From contig JBGUKY010000021.1 in the NCBI GenBank assembly GCA_045114635.1, forward strand, positions 6,100 through 70,099: a stretch of 64,000 nt of DNA, in the 5' to 3' direction. The first letter of the stretch is position 1. Each line of letters begins with the position of its first letter. The notes below the pieces were generated by a model. The model worked only from the letters and a program-made list of their open reading frames with translations. It was not told the origin of the DNA and searched no databases. Shown here piece by piece: positions 9,232-20,012 of this stretch. The position numbers and the translations under genes are program-made. Origin of the DNA: Candidatus Enterousia sp. GTDB lineage: Bacteria; Pseudomonadota; Alphaproteobacteria; Rs-D84.

Positions 9232-10785
9232 ATGCTTTCCCCTAAAGGAAGCACTATGGATACTAATTATACGGTTTTAGCACGAAAATACAGAAGTCAG
9301 GACTTTGAATCTCTTATTGGTCAAGACGTTTTAGTCAAAACATTAACCACCGCTATTAATACTGGTCGTATTGCACATGCGTACATTTTTACGGGTATTC
9401 GTGGAACTGGAAAAACCAGTACTGCGCGTATTTTAGCCAAGGCATTAAACTGTTTATCTTCTGATCACGCAACAGCAAAACCATGTGGTGTTTGCGAAAA
9501 CTGTCGCGCTATTGCAGCCGGACAACACATTGATGTTATGGAAATTGACGCTGCTTCCCATACAGGTGTTGATAATATGCGTGAAATATTGGACGCAGCA
9601 CTTTACCGTCCAACAAATGCGCGTTACAAAGTTTATATTATCGACGAAGTTCATATGTTATCCACCAGCGCTTTTAACGCGTTGCTTAAAACATTGGAAG
9701 AACCACCTGCACACGTAATATTTATTTTAGCAACAACAGAAATAAGAAAAGTTCCTGTGACCATATTATCACGTTGCCAACGTTTTGATTTGGCACGTGT
9801 ACCTGTTGAAACATTAAAGAAACATTTCGCATGGGTTGCAGAACAAGAAAAGATTGAATTATCAGATGGCGCAAATGAATTATTGGCACGTGCTGCCGAT
9901 GGCTCTGTTCGTGACGGACTTTCACTTCTTGATCAAGCCATCGCTCAAACAGGTGGTCATGTTGATGAAGGCGCTGTTCTTGATATGTTAAAAAGAACAG
10001 ATCGTGGCACAGTTGTTAATTTTATGAAAATTGTTTTATCTGGTGATGTTAATGCTGCATTAAATAAATTAGATGAAATATATAACAATGGCGCAGATTT
10101 GACTATGTTGTTAAATGACATGATGGAATGGACGCATTGGGCAACACGCATGTATCCATCGCTTCGCTTACAAGATGTAACATCTTCACCATATACAGCA
10201 GATCAACGTGAAACCATTCGCAAAATTAACGAAAACATTTCACTTAATACACTTTCACGTATTTGGCAGGTTATGGTTGCATCTGTTTCTGAATTACAGG
10301 CATCTGGTAATCAAAAACAATGTTTTGATATGCTGATTGTTCGTTTGATGCATATTGCAGACATGCCATCAATTCCTGAATTATTAAAACAAGATCAACC
10401 TGCACCGGCAAAAGCAGAGGCAAAACCAGCACCAGAAAAATCAAAAGCCGCGAAAATAAGTACTTCTGACGAATTGGCGACCGCTTTACAAAAAGATCGC
10501 GAATTGTTGTTATATTCTTACTACACAACAAATCTTGAAATAACAGAATTTGAAAATGGAAAAATAAAATATTTTGATCGCAAAGGCGACAAAGATTTTT
10601 CAAACAAACTGGCTTTGTGGTTAAAAGAAAAAACCGGTAAAAATTGGAACCTTGAATTGATTCAAGAAGCACCACACCAACAAACATTGTCAGAACACAC
10701 AAAATCTGAAATTGAATCTGATCCAATGGTGGCAAGTGCAATGGACTTATTCGAAGGCGCAGAAATTGTGAACATATCTAAATAA
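9232..10785 (+). CDS. dnaX: DNA polymerase III subunit gamma/tau.
   Basis: AAA+ Walker A GIRGTGKTS; zinc module CGVCENC; sensor motifs; 517 aa. Confidence 0.92.
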   Translation: MLSPKGSTMDTNYTVLARKYRSQDFESLIGQDVLVKTLTTAINTGRIAHAYIFTGIRGTGKTSTARILAKALNCLSSDHATAKPCGVCENCRAIAAGQHIDVMEIDAASHTGVDNMREILDAALYRPTNARYKVYIIDEVHMLSTSAFNALLKTLEEPPAHVIFILATTEIRKVPVTILSRCQRFDLARVPVETLKKHFAWVAEQEKIELSDGANELLARAADGSVRDGLSLLDQAIAQTGGHVDEGAVLDMLKRTDRGTVVNFMKIVLSGDVNAALNKLDEIYNNGADLTMLLNDMMEWTHWATRMYPSLRLQDVTSSPYTADQRETIRKINENISLNTLSRIWQVMVASVSELQASGNQKQCFDMLIVRLMHIADMPSIPELLKQDQPAPAKAEAKPAPEKSKAAKISTSDELATALQKDRELLLYSYYTTNLEITEFENGKIKYFDRKGDKDFSNKLALWLKEKTGKNWNLELIQEAPHQQTLSEHTKSEIESDPMVASAMDLFEGAEIVNISK

Positions 10786-10801
10786 TCAGGGGGACAAAAA
10801 A

Positions 10802-11257
10802 ATGAGGGAACAATCAGGACGTTCATTGATAGAAATTATCGGCGTACTTGCTATTGGCGCAATTATGGTTTCTGGAACTTATGCGATATATAATTCTACA
10901 AATGCAAAACAAAAAAGATTGATCGCATCAAGTGAATTGGAAAACATTGCAACAAAAACAAAAACACTTCTGGAATATTCTGGTTATATACCTGTATCTG
11001 TTGATTTCTTGATTGAATCTGGCGCGCTATCCAGCGACAAAGCCCCAGCAGGAAGTCAAGATTGGTCGATCACAAGTAATTTTGATGGTACAGAATTTTC
11101 AATCAATTTATCTGGGTTGAGTTTTGATGAATGTGCATATTTCACAACAAAAAAATTTGATTGGACAACACATATAAGCGTTAATGGGTATGACACAAAG
11201 GAAACATCATATTGTCTTAAAACAGGTGACAACAAAATATCATTTTTTGCTAAATAA
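10802..11257 (+). CDS. Type IVa pilin-like protein (prepilin).
   Basis: MREQSG|RSLIEIIGVLAIGAIMVSG: textbook class-III signal with Glu+5. C-terminal Cys pair (ECAYF...SYC) typical of the disulfide-bonded D-region. RBS AGGGGGAC 6 nt after the dnaX stop and no terminator between them. Confidence 0.65.
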   Translation: MREQSGRSLIEIIGVLAIGAIMVSGTYAIYNSTNAKQKRLIASSELENIATKTKTLLEYSGYIPVSVDFLIESGALSSDKAPAGSQDWSITSNFDGTEFSINLSGLSFDECAYFTTKKFDWTTHISVNGYDTKETSYCLKTGDNKISFFAK

Positions 11258-11260
11258 AAT

Positions 11261-11935
11261 ATGAAATTATTAAATTTTGTTTTTGTCAGTTTATGTTTGT
11301 CTGGGTGTTTACAATACCACAGCCCATCACACGACATGTGGAACAAATATCTATACGGCGCAAGTTTTACAGATATGACAGAAACATCACGCACTGCTAA
11401 AATGCCTGTGTATATGGGACGTGGTGGCAAGATTATAACACAAACAGGTGAATTATCTGAAAAAATGCAATATGGTGACAAAAACGCGATAGATAATACA
11501 GTATTGATAAATTATATGGCTAATCTGGAATACGAATTATACGATGCATTGCGCAAACCAGGTCTTTCTGTTCAGCGGGCAGGTACAGATGTTGTTGTAA
11601 TTTTGGTACGCGACAGTATTATGGATCAATCTGTCGCAGACATATCAAGTGACGGCGCAGATACACTTAAAACAATTTCAAAAATATTAAATAAATACAA
11701 TGCAACATTTATGGAAATTGCAGGATATACGGATTCTATGAAAAACAAAAACGCATCATACGCATTATCTTTGGACATGGCAGAACGTGTCGGTGTATAT
11801 TTTTCACAACACAACATTTCAACATCACGTATGTTCATCGTGGGACGTGGCGCGGCACGACCAATTGCTGCCCAAGATGACATTGGCCGTTTAACAAACC
11901 GTCGTGTTGAAATAAGATTGACTCCGGCACGATAA
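11261..11935 (+). CDS. OmpA/MotB-family lipoprotein.
   Basis: Lipobox LSGC at the N-terminus. C-terminal OmpA-like peptidoglycan-binding domain (IAGYTDS...NASYALSLDMAERV...RRVEIRL). Starts 4 nt after the pilin-like gene. Confidence 0.65.
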   Translation: MKLLNFVFVSLCLSGCLQYHSPSHDMWNKYLYGASFTDMTETSRTAKMPVYMGRGGKIITQTGELSEKMQYGDKNAIDNTVLINYMANLEYELYDALRKPGLSVQRAGTDVVVILVRDSIMDQSVADISSDGADTLKTISKILNKYNATFMEIAGYTDSMKNKNASYALSLDMAERVGVYFSQHNISTSRMFIVGRGAARPIAAQDDIGRLTNRRVEIRLTPAR

Positions 11936-12007
11936 AAACACTTTGCGTTTTCATATAAATATTGCTATATTCTTAATAACCAAATAACAAAAACAAAGGA
12001 AGTAAAG

Positions 12008-12667
12008 ATGAAAAAAACAACTGAATTAAACCCAATTTTGAAAAAATATTCTAAACAAGGCATTATTGCTGTTTCTGTTATAGTTGTTGCATTGATTGGT
12101 ATTTTTGCAATATCTGCTATATCACGTAATGTAAGCACAGAAAAAGCAATCGCAGAAGTTTCAACTAATGCCGCAAATGCTGCTGATTTACGTATTGCTG
12201 TTATCAGCATGGAAAAGATACAAATGGAAGCAAAAGTTTTAGAAGATTTACATAAACAACGTGCTTCTTTTGAAAACAAATTAAAAACAAAACTTGAAAA
12301 AGAACAGAAAGCAATCGAAAAAGAAAAAGCAGATATTGAAAAATCTCAAGACGTTTTATCGCAAGAAGCATTGCAACGTCGTGTTGTAGATTATCAACGT
12401 CGCGTAACTGAATTCCAACGTCACTTATCAGAAAGCGCACAATCAATCGAAGCATCATATCAAGACGCTTTACAAACAATCCAAAAGAAACATCTTGATC
12501 CTGTTATTCAAGGTATCATCGCAAAGAAAAAATTGTCTTTGGTAATTGATGGCCGTATGGCACGTATGGGTGACAATGTTAAAGATCTTGATATCACAGA
12601 TGAAGTTGTAAAAGCATTGAACAAAAAAGTTTCATCTGTAAAAATGGCATCACCAAAAGGTTTATAA
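12008..12667 (+). CDS. OmpH/Skp-like periplasmic chaperone.
   Basis: N-terminal anchor/signal, long coiled-coil region, C-terminal ...LDITDEVVKALNKK typical of the OmpH family. Confidence 0.45.
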   Translation: MKKTTELNPILKKYSKQGIIAVSVIVVALIGIFAISAISRNVSTEKAIAEVSTNAANAADLRIAVISMEKIQMEAKVLEDLHKQRASFENKLKTKLEKEQKAIEKEKADIEKSQDVLSQEALQRRVVDYQRRVTEFQRHLSESAQSIEASYQDALQTIQKKHLDPVIQGIIAKKKLSLVIDGRMARMGDNVKDLDITDEVVKALNKKVSSVKMASPKGL

Positions 12668-12687
12668 TAAAACATCAGTAAAAAAAC

Positions 12688-12716
12688 AACCGCCCAAACG
12701 GGCGGTATTTTTTTAT
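12688..12716. terminator. Bidirectional intrinsic terminator between the skp-like gene and infB.
   Basis: Hairpin CCGCCCAAACGGGCGG flanked by an A-run upstream and a T-run downstream. Confidence 0.6.
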
Positions 12717-12729
12717 TGTTCAAACAATA

Positions 12730-15123
12730 TTAAAGTTGTGCTTTGACTTCTTGAACTTCGTAACATTCAACACGATCTCCTTCTTTAAGGTCGTTATATT
12801 TATCGAAACTCATACCAAATTCAACGCCAACACTAACTTCACTAACTTCATTCTTTTCACGACGCATTTCACCAATTTTGCCATCATAGATAACAACATT
12901 GTTGCGCAACAAACGCACAAAAGCAGATTTTTTAATTACGCCTTCACTGACTCTACAACCGGCAACTTTAATACCTTTGCCCACAGTGAACAATGCAATA
13001 ACATCTGCATATCCGATAAAGTTTTCTTTGCGTTCTGGTGCTAATTTACCAGACAATATTTCTTTGATTTCGTCTGTGATACGATAAACAACACTGTGAT
13101 ATCTTATATCAACACCGTTGTTGCGCGCCATATCACGTACAGCAGAATCTGCACGAACATTAAACGCAATAATTACCGCACCAGATGCAGTTGCCAATCT
13201 GATATCACCTTCGGTAATTTGACCAACACCAGCAGATAACAATTCAACACCAGCTTTATCAGAATTAAATCCGCGCAACATATCAGAGATCGCTTCCACA
13301 GATCCTTGAACGTCAGCACGTAAAATAACAGGCAAAGTCAACTTCTTTGTTTCATCACGTTTGGCAAACAATTCTTCGAGCGATGAACGTTTAACAGCAT
13401 TTGCTTTATCTTTTGCTTTTTGAACACGGTATGCAGCAACTTCACGTGTTTGCGCTTCTGTTTCCATAACATGTAATTCGTCACCAGCGCTTGGCACAGA
13501 TTCCAATCCCAAAACCATAGCAGGTTGACCTGGTTTTACAGATTTAACACGAACACCGCTTGAATTTATCAAACCACGAACACGTCCAAATGTTTCACCA
13601 ACTACGAACACATCACCAACAGACAATGTTCCCTGACGAACCAAAACAGTTGCGACAGCGCCAAGTCCTTTTTCCATCTTTGCTTCAACAACATATGCAG
13701 ATGCCAACATATCAGGATCCGCTTTAAGGTCCATAATTTCGGCCTGTAATAAAATAGCCTCTTCTAATTTGTCCAAGCCCATTTTTGTTTTGGCAGATAT
13801 TTCAACACATTGAACATCGCCCCCCATTTCTTCGACCTGAACTTCTTGTTGTAAAAGATCTGTTTTAACACGATATGGATCGGCTTCTGGTAAATCACAT
13901 TTGTTAATAGCAACAATGAATGGGACCTTGGCCGCACGAATATGATTTATTGCCTCGATAGTTTGTGGCATAATTGAATCGTTTGCCGCAACCACTAAAA
14001 CAACAATATCTGCAATTTGTGCACCACGTGCACGCATTGCTGTAAATGTTTCGTGTCCTGGTGTATCCAAGAAAGTTATTATTGCACCAGATTTTGTTTT
14101 AACTTCGTATGATGAAATATGTTGTGTAATTCCACCTGCTTCGCCCGCAACAACATTCGCGTTACGGAATGCGTCTAATAACGAAGTTTTACCATGGTCA
14201 ACGTGACCCACAACTGTCACAACTGGATAACGTGGTTGTAATCTATCTGCGTGTGGTTCTTCTTCCAAAATATTGGCAAAAGGTTTTACATCAACACGTT
14301 TAACTGTTGCACCAAATTCTGTAGCAATCAATTCAGCAGTATCAGCATCAATAGATTGATTTTGAGATGCCATCATACCCATTTCCATCAATTTCTTGAT
14401 AACATTACCAACTTTTTCAGCCATAGCAGCAGCCAAATCTTTCACTGTGATAGTGTCACCAAGTGTAACAACGTGTTCCACTTTCTGTGGCACAGTAAAT
14501 ACAGCACGAGCTTTTTCACGGAAACGTTTTAATGAGGCTTCACTACGTCTGCGATTTGCGCCGCGCAAACCAATTTCATCATCGTCGTCATCTTCTCCAC
14601 CGCCGATAACAATATCATGGATAGAAATTTTTCCACCTTTTTTGAAATCTTTCTTGAAACGGTTTTGTTTAGATCCGCGAACATCATCAGCGTCATCATC
14701 ACGACGATTGTTATGGTTATTAAAGGCGACATTGTTTTTTCTGTTTTCGTGTGTATTTTCACGCACTGGTACAACAACTGCTTCTTCGGCAATTTGTTCT
14801 GTTTCACGTTGTGCCAACTGTTCTTTCACCGCTTCGTATTCGCGATTTTCACGTTCGATTTCTGCTTCACGCGCTTTAAGCGCAGCAGCTTCTTCGGCTT
14901 CGCGTTTTCTGCGTTCTTCATCACGTGCTTTTGCAGCCTCTAATACTGCACGTAATTTTTCATCTGCAGCACTGCGGACTGTTTCAACCTTTTTAGGTTC
15001 TTCACGCAATTCATTATTGCCTGGTGCAACAATACGACGACGACGTTCAACAAAGACCGCGTCGCCTTTCTTACTTTGCACTGCACCAACTGTTACAGAT
15101 TTTCCAAGTGTTAATGTCGCCAT
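12730..15123 (-). CDS. infB: Translation initiation factor IF-2.
   Basis: GTPase motifs [18 protein letters not shown]; 797 aa. Confidence 0.95.
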   Translation of the reverse strand: MATLTLGKSVTVGAVQSKKGDAVFVERRRRIVAPGNNELREEPKKVETVRSAADEKLRAVLEAAKARDEERRKREAEEAAALKAREAEIERENREYEAVKEQLAQRETEQIAEEAVVVPVRENTHENRKNNVAFNNHNNRRDDDADDVRGSKQNRFKKDFKKGGKISIHDIVIGGGEDDDDDEIGLRGANRRRSEASLKRFREKARAVFTVPQKVEHVVTLGDTITVKDLAAAMAEKVGNVIKKLMEMGMMASQNQSIDADTAELIATEFGATVKRVDVKPFANILEEEPHADRLQPRYPVVTVVGHVDHGKTSLLDAFRNANVVAGEAGGITQHISSYEVKTKSGAIITFLDTPGHETFTAMRARGAQIADIVVLVVAANDSIMPQTIEAINHIRAAKVPFIVAINKCDLPEADPYRVKTDLLQQEVQVEEMGGDVQCVEISAKTKMGLDKLEEAILLQAEIMDLKADPDMLASAYVVEAKMEKGLGAVATVLVRQGTLSVGDVFVVGETFGRVRGLINSSGVRVKSVKPGQPAMVLGLESVPSAGDELHVMETEAQTREVAAYRVQKAKDKANAVKRSSLEELFAKRDETKKLTLPVILRADVQGSVEAISDMLRGFNSDKAGVELLSAGVGQITEGDIRLATASGAVIIAFNVRADSAVRDMARNNGVDIRYHSVVYRITDEIKEILSGKLAPERKENFIGYADVIALFTVGKGIKVAGCRVSEGVIKKSAFVRLLRNNVVIYDGKIGEMRREKNEVSEVSVGVEFGMSFDKYNDLKEGDRVECYEVQEVKAQL

Positions 15124-15148
15124 TTTTTAACCTTTGGTTTAACTTGAT

Positions 15149-16693
15149 TTATTCTTCATCACCTTCTGGAACAATACCATATGCCAATTCGCGTGCTTTC
15201 ATAACGATACGTTCTGCAAGACGTTCTGACATATTGTCTTCGCCCAAGATTTCAACCAATTCATCAGATGCAAGGTCAGCCAAATCAGATAATGATTTAA
15301 CATCATTTTCACCAAGCTTCATAATAATTGGACGTTTGATGAAATCGAATTTTAATAAATCGTCACTCATTCCCATCTTGTGTCCATTATCAAAATAATC
15401 TTGTTCAACTTTTGCAAGATAAGCTTTTGCACGATTTTGTAATTCTGTTGCCAATTCTGTATTAAACCCTTCGATAGATTCCAATTCAGATTGTTCAACA
15501 TATGCAATTTCTTCGATGGTTCTGAAACCTTCTGTTATCAACAATTGAGCGATTGTTTCGTCCACATCCAGCGCAGTTGTAAACAATTCTGTCTTTTCTT
15601 TGAATTCTTTTGCACGGCGCTCTTGTTCTTCAGCTTCGCTCATAACATCGATATTCCATCCTGTTAATTGAGACGCCAAACGAACATTTTGACCACGACG
15701 ACCGATTGCCAAAGATTGCTGATCTTCAGTTACAACAACGGCTGCTGTATGTGTATCTTCATCAACAATAATCTTTGCAACTTTTGCTGGTTGCATTGCG
15801 TTAACAATGAATACCGCAGGGTCTTCTGAATACAAAATAACATCGATTTTTTCACCATGACATTCGTTGATAACAGGTTGAATACGTGTTCCCTTGATAC
15901 CAACTGTCATACCAACCGCATCAATAGAAGGATCTTGTGTTTCAACAGCGATTTTAGCATGAGAACCAGGTGCACGAGATACAGATTTGATTTTAATAAT
16001 ACCTTCATAGATTTCTGGAACTTCCTGGGTAAACAATTTTTCCATGAAACTTGGGTGTGTTCTTGTTAAAAAGATTTGTGGGCCAGAATTAGAACGAACA
16101 ACGTCCATAATCAAAGCACGAACACGATCACCAACGGCCAAACGTTCACCAGGAATCAATTCTGTATTTTTGATATAACCTTCGGCTTTGCCATTGATAT
16201 CAACAAAGACATTACCAAATTCGATACGTTTAACAACACCATTTACAATATCGCCAATACTGTCTTTGAATTCTTCGTATTGATTGCCTTTTTCTGCATC
16301 TCTTACACGTGCAGTCATAATTTGACGCGCTGTCTGGAAAGCCATACGACCAAATTCAGGTTCTGGTAACATATCTTCTACAACATCACCAATCTTTGGA
16401 TCTTGTGCATATTTTTTTGCCTTTTCCACAGTCAACATTGTATTTGCATCATATTCATCACCTTTTGCTTCTGGTGATTCAATGACTTCAAACAAACGTT
16501 TTACATGTATTGCGCCATTTTTACGATCTATTTGTGCAACAATGTTAAATTCTTCACCATATTTATGTTTTGCGATTTTTGCGATAGCCGCTTCCAAAGA
16601 TTCGATAACTGTTTCTTTGCTTATCATTTTTTCTTGGGCCAAAGAGTCAATCGCTAATAACAAATCTTGACGTGGCATAGATTCAAAAGACAT
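15149..16693 (-). CDS. nusA: Transcription termination/antitermination factor NusA.
   Basis: S1 and KH domains plus C-terminal acidic repeats; 514 aa; directly upstream of infB. Confidence 0.95.
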   Translation of the reverse strand: MSFESMPRQDLLLAIDSLAQEKMISKETVIESLEAAIAKIAKHKYGEEFNIVAQIDRKNGAIHVKRLFEVIESPEAKGDEYDANTMLTVEKAKKYAQDPKIGDVVEDMLPEPEFGRMAFQTARQIMTARVRDAEKGNQYEEFKDSIGDIVNGVVKRIEFGNVFVDINGKAEGYIKNTELIPGERLAVGDRVRALIMDVVRSNSGPQIFLTRTHPSFMEKLFTQEVPEIYEGIIKIKSVSRAPGSHAKIAVETQDPSIDAVGMTVGIKGTRIQPVINECHGEKIDVILYSEDPAVFIVNAMQPAKVAKIIVDEDTHTAAVVVTEDQQSLAIGRRGQNVRLASQLTGWNIDVMSEAEEQERRAKEFKEKTELFTTALDVDETIAQLLITEGFRTIEEIAYVEQSELESIEGFNTELATELQNRAKAYLAKVEQDYFDNGHKMGMSDDLLKFDFIKRPIIMKLGENDVKSLSDLADLASDELVEILGEDNMSERLAERIVMKARELAYGIVPEGDEE

Positions 16694-16908
16694 TTATTTC
16701 TCCTTCTGATGTTATTTTTATTGCCTTTTATTGAAAGAGCGGGGTTTTGTAACCCCGCCCTTAAAACTTTTTTTAAGAACACGATATATTATTGTGTCCG
16801 AATCGTTAAAAATCAAGCAAAAAATGAAGTAATATTAATATTAAAACTAAATATATTATTGTCTTTGTTGCTTGACGGTATCACTTTTGGGCTTTATACT
16901 TTAAGATT

Positions 16909-17970
16909 ATGAAGATTATTAACAGATATTTTAGGCATCAATTACTGGGTATCTTTGTCATGCTTTTGCTGATTTTGACCGGATTAGCATGGATGATGCA
17001 GATTATGTCTATGATGAAATTCCTAATAAGTTATGGCATAAAATTCACAAGTTTTGTTTATCTTACATCACTTATGATACCGTTCATAGTATCAATAATT
17101 GTTCCGTTTGTGACATTTATCGCCACAATTTTCATTTATAACAAAATGATTACTGAAAATGAAGTAACCGTTATGGCCGCATCTGGACTATCTCCATGGC
17201 AAATTGCAAAACCAGCCATTAAATTATCAATGTGGATAGCAATTGCACATTTTATCTTGAACATATGGCTTGTTCCAGTAAGTCAATCTATGTTTTACAG
17301 CACACAATGGAATCTGCGCTATGGGTTGGCACATTTGAAACTCCAAGAATCTGCGTTTACTAAACTGGCTGATGGATTGGTGGTGTATGTTGATAATGTT
17401 TCTGGACATGATTTGAACCAGGTTATGTTGTCTGATATGCGCGAAGAAGGAAATCAAATGCTTGTTTTTGCTCAACGCGGAAAATTGGTTTCAACCATCC
17501 ATGGACTTTCTATCGTTACTGACAATGGTTCCTTACAGATCCAGGGACGCAACGGTTTTACAACGGGTACTTTTGATAATTTGGATATGGATTTAAATTT
17601 GGTCGAAAACGATAAAGATGCTTCTTTCCGTGTTCGTCGAATACCAACTTTAACTTTATTAAACACTGTATTTTCACAAGAAGATTTCAGACAACACAAA
17701 TTGACATTGGTAGAAATATGTACGCGCATGATCAATCCATTATTGAATATAATACTTGCGATTGTGTGTACGCTTATTTTGTTAAAATCGTCACTTTTGC
17801 GTCGTCGTGCAAGCTTCGCGCCTGCAATGGCTGTATTAGGGATGGCAACAATAATGGCAATGTATATGTCTATGTCTAATATGGTTACAAGTTTGACTGA
17901 TGTTGGTTTATTAGCCATCGGGGTTATTGGTTTATTGCTCATATTGATTGGTATGTTATTGAAAAAATGA
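16909..17970 (+). CDS. LPS export ABC permease, LptF/LptG (YjgP/YjgQ) family.
   Basis: N-terminus MKIINRYFRHQLL..., six predicted TM helices and a periplasmic beta-jellyroll region. Overlaps the lptD start. Confidence 0.7.
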   Translation: MKIINRYFRHQLLGIFVMLLLILTGLAWMMQIMSMMKFLISYGIKFTSFVYLTSLMIPFIVSIIVPFVTFIATIFIYNKMITENEVTVMAASGLSPWQIAKPAIKLSMWIAIAHFILNIWLVPVSQSMFYSTQWNLRYGLAHLKLQESAFTKLADGLVVYVDNVSGHDLNQVMLSDMREEGNQMLVFAQRGKLVSTIHGLSIVTDNGSLQIQGRNGFTTGTFDNLDMDLNLVENDKDASFRVRRIPTLTLLNTVFSQEDFRQHKLTLVEICTRMINPLLNIILAIVCTLILLKSSLLRRRASFAPAMAVLGMATIMAMYMSMSNMVTSLTDVGLLAIGVIGLLLILIGMLLKK

Positions 17971-19997
17971 AAAGCATAAAATTATCTTTACTGATATGTT
18001 TGATTACAACAAATGCTTTTTGTTTGGGTGTCAATATGGATGAACCAAAAACATTAAAATCAGACAAAGTTTATTACAATGTAAAATCAGAAGAAATCAA
18101 GACATCTGGAAATACAGAAATGATCAATGCTTCTGGTCAACGCGTAAAATTGAATGAATTGTCTTTATCAAAAAATAATTCTGGCGGAACCGCTAATGAT
18201 ATTGAACTATGGCTTGGCAGCCATGTTTATATCAAGGCAAAACAAATCACGCGCGACGGTGCAGAAACAGTTGCAAAACACGCAAGATTTACTGCGTGCG
18301 ATGGGTGCGATGCATATGGTAACGCATGGGATATCCATGCAAGAACGATCATCCATGATTCAGAAGAAAAAATGGTGTATTTCCACAATGCGTCTTTTTG
18401 GGTTTATAACGACAATATTCCTATTCTGTGGTTGCCTTATTACGAAATGCCAGATCCAAGTGTAAAATATAAATCTGGTTTGCTGGCACCAAGTTTTAAT
18501 TCCACAAATGGTATGGGAACACAAATCAATATACCTGTGTACATAAACATATCTGATCGACATGATTTAACAACGACTTTTTCATATTTAACGAAAGAAA
18601 ATCCTTTGTTCCAAGCAGAACACAGGTTAAATCTGAATCACTCGGAATTCAGAACAACAGGATCTTTTACACACAACGAAGAAAACAAGAATCGTTGGCA
18701 TTTGTATAACAATGACGTTATAGAACTTGGCGAAAACGCACGCTCTACAATATACATTGCTCGAACATCGGATAAAACATACCTTCAAAAATATGGGTTT
18801 TATGATTATCAACCATACCTTGATTCTGGGGCAAAAATAGAATTGTTTGGGCAGACCAGTTATGCTGTTGCAGATACACATATCTTCCAAGAATTACGTG
18901 AACCAGGTAAAAATCAGACAATACCATCTGGAAATATTTTGCCTAATATCCGCGGAACATATCAAACAGACCCATTTTGGCGCGAAACATATTTTTCATT
19001 TTCTGGCGATGTATTAGCGGTGTCTGGCGATACAGCGGATAGCCAACGCGCTATCGGTGAAGCAAGAATAATTTCCCCATGGACACTTTGGGGTGGCAAT
19101 CGTTTAACATTAAGTGTCGCATCAAGATATGATATTTATAATTTTGATAAAACATCCGTTTGGGAAAACGATCATATAAACGATTCTTATACTGGCATAA
19201 AATCTCGTTTCTTACCAAGCGGTTACATTGAATGGGGATTACCTCTTTACAGTGCAGAATCAGAATGGACATATATAATTGAACCGCGTGCACGATTGAC
19301 AATCATGCAACACACGGATAAAGATTACAAATTTGCAAAAGATAATGATTCTGCTGGACGGTTTTTATCAGATACAACTTTATTCTCTAACAACCGATAT
19401 GCTGGATATGACGTATGGGAAAACGGTAATTTTGTTGATTATGGCGCACGTTGGGCTGCTTTTAATACCAACAATAATATCGAAGTATTTTTGGGGCAAA
19501 CATACGATTTCAATACCAACAAAGAAAACTTTAATGATAACGGGTTCAGAAATGGTTTTTCTGATTACGTTGGTCGTGTTGCTTATTCAAGAAAACATTT
19601 TCAAATATCAAGTCGTTTCCGTAACGATCGCGATAATATGAAATTAAACCACACAGAAAATTCTATATATCTTGGACATGGTAATAATTACCTGTCGTTT
19701 GGACATATATGGGATACACAACCTATTGATATTTATTCTGGCAGTGACAAAGATACACACGAATTGGCTGGTGGTGCCGGTTTACAAATAACCAAACGAA
19801 TAAACGTCAAAGGCTCGGTTATATACAATATTTATGAACATATTATTCAAAGACATTCTGGTGGTATTTTTTATGAACACCCTTGCTATTATTTTTCTTT
19901 GGAATATCAGCGTGATAACGCAACCAAAGATGACTATGTTGGAAATACAACATACCAATTCAAATTTGGTATGAGTATTGATGGTAAACATTATTAA
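17967..19997 (+). CDS. lptD: LPS-assembly outer-membrane protein LptD (OstA family).
   Basis: Signal peptide; 676 aa, beta-rich and aromatic-rich; position between the lptFG-family gene and the surA-like gene matches the conserved alphaproteobacterial order. Confidence 0.55.
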   Translation: MKSIKLSLLICLITTNAFCLGVNMDEPKTLKSDKVYYNVKSEEIKTSGNTEMINASGQRVKLNELSLSKNNSGGTANDIELWLGSHVYIKAKQITRDGAETVAKHARFTACDGCDAYGNAWDIHARTIIHDSEEKMVYFHNASFWVYNDNIPILWLPYYEMPDPSVKYKSGLLAPSFNSTNGMGTQINIPVYINISDRHDLTTTFSYLTKENPLFQAEHRLNLNHSEFRTTGSFTHNEENKNRWHLYNNDVIELGENARSTIYIARTSDKTYLQKYGFYDYQPYLDSGAKIELFGQTSYAVADTHIFQELREPGKNQTIPSGNILPNIRGTYQTDPFWRETYFSFSGDVLAVSGDTADSQRAIGEARIISPWTLWGGNRLTLSVASRYDIYNFDKTSVWENDHINDSYTGIKSRFLPSGYIEWGLPLYSAESEWTYIIEPRARLTIMQHTDKDYKFAKDNDSAGRFLSDTTLFSNNRYAGYDVWENGNFVDYGARWAAFNTNNNIEVFLGQTYDFNTNKENFNDNGFRNGFSDYVGRVAYSRKHFQISSRFRNDRDNMKLNHTENSIYLGHGNNYLSFGHIWDTQPIDIYSGSDKDTHELAGGAGLQITKRINVKGSVIYNIYEHIIQRHSGGIFYEHPCYYFSLEYQRDNATKDDYVGNTTYQFKFGMSIDGKHY

Positions 19998-20012
19998 GGA
20001 AAGGAAACGAAT

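Noticed and set aside
9232-10785. Looked for a dnaX programmed -1 frameshift site (A AAA AAG plus a hairpin) to make the gamma subunit.
   Set aside because: No A AAA AAG heptamer was found in the expected region. Only full-length tau is predicted.
14396-15398. Plus-strand ORFs (244 aa, 108 aa, 124 aa) antisense to infB/nusA.
   Set aside because: Ser/Arg-rich shadow frames of highly conserved genes, not real coding sequences.
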